Source: a virus (Duplodnaviria > Caudoviricetes). Taken from it: a stretch of DNA of 64,000 nt. Location: positions 160,001 through 224,000 of the IMG/VR virus record IMGVR_UViG_3300017716_001697; one strand, written 5' to 3'. A program made the position numbers and the translations under genes. The notes beneath the pieces are model-generated. The model was not told the origin of the DNA, did not search any database, and worked only from the letters and a program-made list of their open reading frames with translations. Shown one piece after another: positions 62,313-64,000 of the stretch; within the stretch, counting starts at the first letter, position 1; every line of letters begins with the position of its first letter.

Positions 62313-62555
62313 ATGACTGAAGACGATACATTCCGTTTACTAAAGCGAACACCATATAGTGAAGTCCGTAGACTTATATACAAAGCAGAATATAATGTGT
62401 TGATGGGCATTGGCCGCACGTCTGTTACAAAGTCATCTCATATCTTAGCAGCCAATGGTTGGACAAGGGACGAGTACGACAATACAACACGGGACGAAAA
62501 CCCGTTGTTACATGCTTATCTCGATTCCATTAAAGATCTCAAACGGCTTGACTAA
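62313..62555 (+). CDS. Hypothetical protein (paralogue of previous ORF)
   Basis: MTEDDTFRLL...GWTRDEY...NPLL. Confidence 0.7.
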   Translation: MTEDDTFRLLKRTPYSEVRRLIYKAEYNVLMGIGRTSVTKSSHILAANGWTRDEYDNTTRDENPLLHAYLDSIKDLKRLD

Positions 62556-62576
62556 TGTTGTTGCTCGCGTTATAAT
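62548..62576 (+). promoter_or_regulatory. sigma70-type promoter
   Basis: TTGACT-N17-TATAAT. Confidence 0.8.
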
Positions 62577-62582
62577 ATACAC

Positions 62583-63029
62583 ATGGCAAAACCTAAACTA
62601 ACCACAGAAGAACGCGCAATGCGTAAGGCATTGAAACTTGCAGAAGAAGCTAATGCTCGCATGACCTATGAAGCAGAGAAAGCTGCGGCCGATGCAGTAT
62701 ATAAAGCTGGTCTACCAAAACGCTTAATGGATGCACAAGCATTGGCAGGTAGTTGTGGTGTCGCAACACATGTCGAACTTACTGCCACAGGCCCATCAGT
62801 TCGATTCGAATATGAGGATCATTCTCATAAATCATACATCGACGAGACACTAACGTACAAAAGCGAAGAATGGGAAGTTGAGTTCCTCGAGGGTAAGCTT
62901 CGTGACCTAAAGGCTCTACGTGATGCTGCTGCTGCACGATTACTCCTTGCCAAAACAGTCTTCGCCAAGTTAACTGATGATGAGAAGATTGCACTAAAAG
63001 AAAACATCATGTGGCTGCGGCTAACATAA
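62583..63029 (+). CDS. Hypothetical helical protein
   Basis: 148 aa. Confidence 0.7.
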   Translation: MAKPKLTTEERAMRKALKLAEEANARMTYEAEKAAADAVYKAGLPKRLMDAQALAGSCGVATHVELTATGPSVRFEYEDHSHKSYIDETLTYKSEEWEVEFLEGKLRDLKALRDAAAARLLLAKTVFAKLTDDEKIALKENIMWLRLT

Positions 63030-63032
63030 ATG

Positions 63033-63061
63033 TTGACCTAGATTGATATCTGTCGTATAAT
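63033..63061 (+). promoter_or_regulatory. sigma70-type promoter
   Basis: TTGACC-N17-TATAAT. Confidence 0.7.
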
Positions 63062-63091
63062 ACATTTAACGTAACAAAGAAGGATACTAAA

Positions 63092-63265
63092 ATGGCTGGT
63101 AAAGCAAAATCAATCTACCTTACAGTTTGCCCAAAAGGCAATCACAAAAGCGTATTGAAGAAGGTGTTCTTCGAAGCCAAGGCTTACAACGAGTTTGTGG
63201 GCACCGAAGAATTCAAAGCCCAATATCCTAAAGAAGAATTTGACATCATCAAAGAGACATACTGA
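63092..63265 (+). CDS. Hypothetical 57-aa protein (below cutoff)
   Basis: MAGKAKSIYLTVCPKG...YPKEEFDIIKETY; AAGGA RBS. Confidence 0.7.
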   Translation: MAGKAKSIYLTVCPKGNHKSVLKKVFFEAKAYNEFVGTEEFKAQYPKEEFDIIKETY

Positions 63266-63266
63266 A

Positions 63267-63545
63267 ATGGACAACTGTGAAATCTGCAAGGGTGCCAGCG
63301 GTGGGGTTCTCGGCAACGAGAACATCATTGAAGGTGTTGTGATGTGTGATTATTGCAGTGCAGATTTCAAAGGTCCATATCTGATTGGTGGAACTACTAA
63401 ACCATCACCCGGCAAATACAACGTGGTTGTTGAGGGTGTACATACTTTCCTCCCAATATTTGCAACATATGACGGAGAGAATTGGAGTAAGATTCCTTTC
63501 TACGGCACGGGAAAGAAGGCATACTGGTATCCTAACAAGGAATGA
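63267..63545 (+). CDS. Hypothetical protein with two CxxC motifs
   Basis: CEICKG...GNEN...MCDYC. Confidence 0.6.
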   Translation: MDNCEICKGASGGVLGNENIIEGVVMCDYCSADFKGPYLIGGTTKPSPGKYNVVVEGVHTFLPIFATYDGENWSKIPFYGTGKKAYWYPNKE

Positions 63546-63546
63546 G

Positions 63547-63813
63547 ATGAAAGATATTGTATTTGAAATAAATTCACCCGAATATATTACACGGCACCGT
63601 GATGATGACCGTGTAAATGTTGGGAGAATAGGCCCCGGTGGCAATCTGCAAATTGATTACTGGAATACAAAAAAGAAATGGTATATTTCTGCATACCATG
63701 CATATGACAATTGGTCAGCATATGTGGAAATCCCGGGCTCCCCATCAATTGATGAGTTTATTGAAAAATACAAAGTGGGCGATACGGTAGAATCAACAGT
63801 TATTCGGAACTAA
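63547..63813 (+). CDS. Hypothetical protein
   Basis: Likely start ATG 63547. Confidence 0.55.
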   Translation: MKDIVFEINSPEYITRHRDDDRVNVGRIGPGGNLQIDYWNTKKKWYISAYHAYDNWSAYVEIPGSPSIDEFIEKYKVGDTVESTVIRN

Positions 63814-63819
63814 TACAAG

Positions 63820-64000
63820 ATGTCACATAAACTACTCGCAGAAATCGCAGCCGACAATGGTAAGCTGTACAAGATTGCTGTTATCAACCGCGAAGCCATT
63901 AAGGGCAACAATGAATTCTTTGCTGGTCTGCGTTATGCATTGGACAATATTGATACCTTTGGTGTAAAGAAGATTCCGGTTCGCGCTGGCTACGATGGTG
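63820..64000 (+). CDS. Probable ATP-dependent DNA ligase N-terminus, truncated by window edge
   Basis: MSHKLLAEIAA...YALDNIDTFGVKKIP resembles the start of T4-type gp30 ligases; catalytic motifs outside window. Confidence 0.5.
   Translation, partial: MSHKLLAEIAADNGKLYKIAVINREAIKGNNEFFAGLRYALDNIDTFGVKKIPVRAGYDG

Overview
A 64-kb segment of a large lytic dsDNA tailed phage with T4-superfamily features. These include a B-family DNA polymerase, a sliding-clamp-like gene, a T4-type RNase H, the start of a DNA ligase, T4-late-like (N)ATAAATA motifs and about 20 near-consensus sigma70 promoters. Genes are dense and almost all on the + strand. Recognisable modules: (1) a 7-deazaguanine modification set (TGT/DpdA-like, QueD, QueE) interleaved with a GT-B glycosyltransferase and an NDP-sugar epimerase; (2) RNA-acting enzymes (RtcB, RlmN-like); (3) a MoxR-AAA/VWA pair, macro domain, metallophosphatase, serine D-Ala-D-Ala peptidase, SleB-like hydrolase and two HNH nucleases; (4) two expanded families of ~60-100 aa paralogues, one ending F-x-F-x-x-E-x-D-x3-F-K-L-R/K-W (about 19 clear members) and one of MNERI...KFAEL...HFG type (about 9). 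Several small ORFs carry fragments resembling the T4 major capsid protein, including a Gol-like peptide, or a catalytically dead terminase ATPase, suggesting decoys. The most unusual region is 58.3-61.5 kb. It holds a tRNA-Leu(UAA) split by a 205-nt group I (IC3) intron next to a free-standing HNH gene, several tRNA scaffolds with large structured insertions in the D-loop, anticodon loop or variable arm, and at least eight RNA modules closed by related 16-19 bp helices (CCATAT...ATATGG) with unrelated multi-hairpin interiors. All assignments come from reading motifs by eye; no database search or folding program was run, and reference sequences are quoted from memory.
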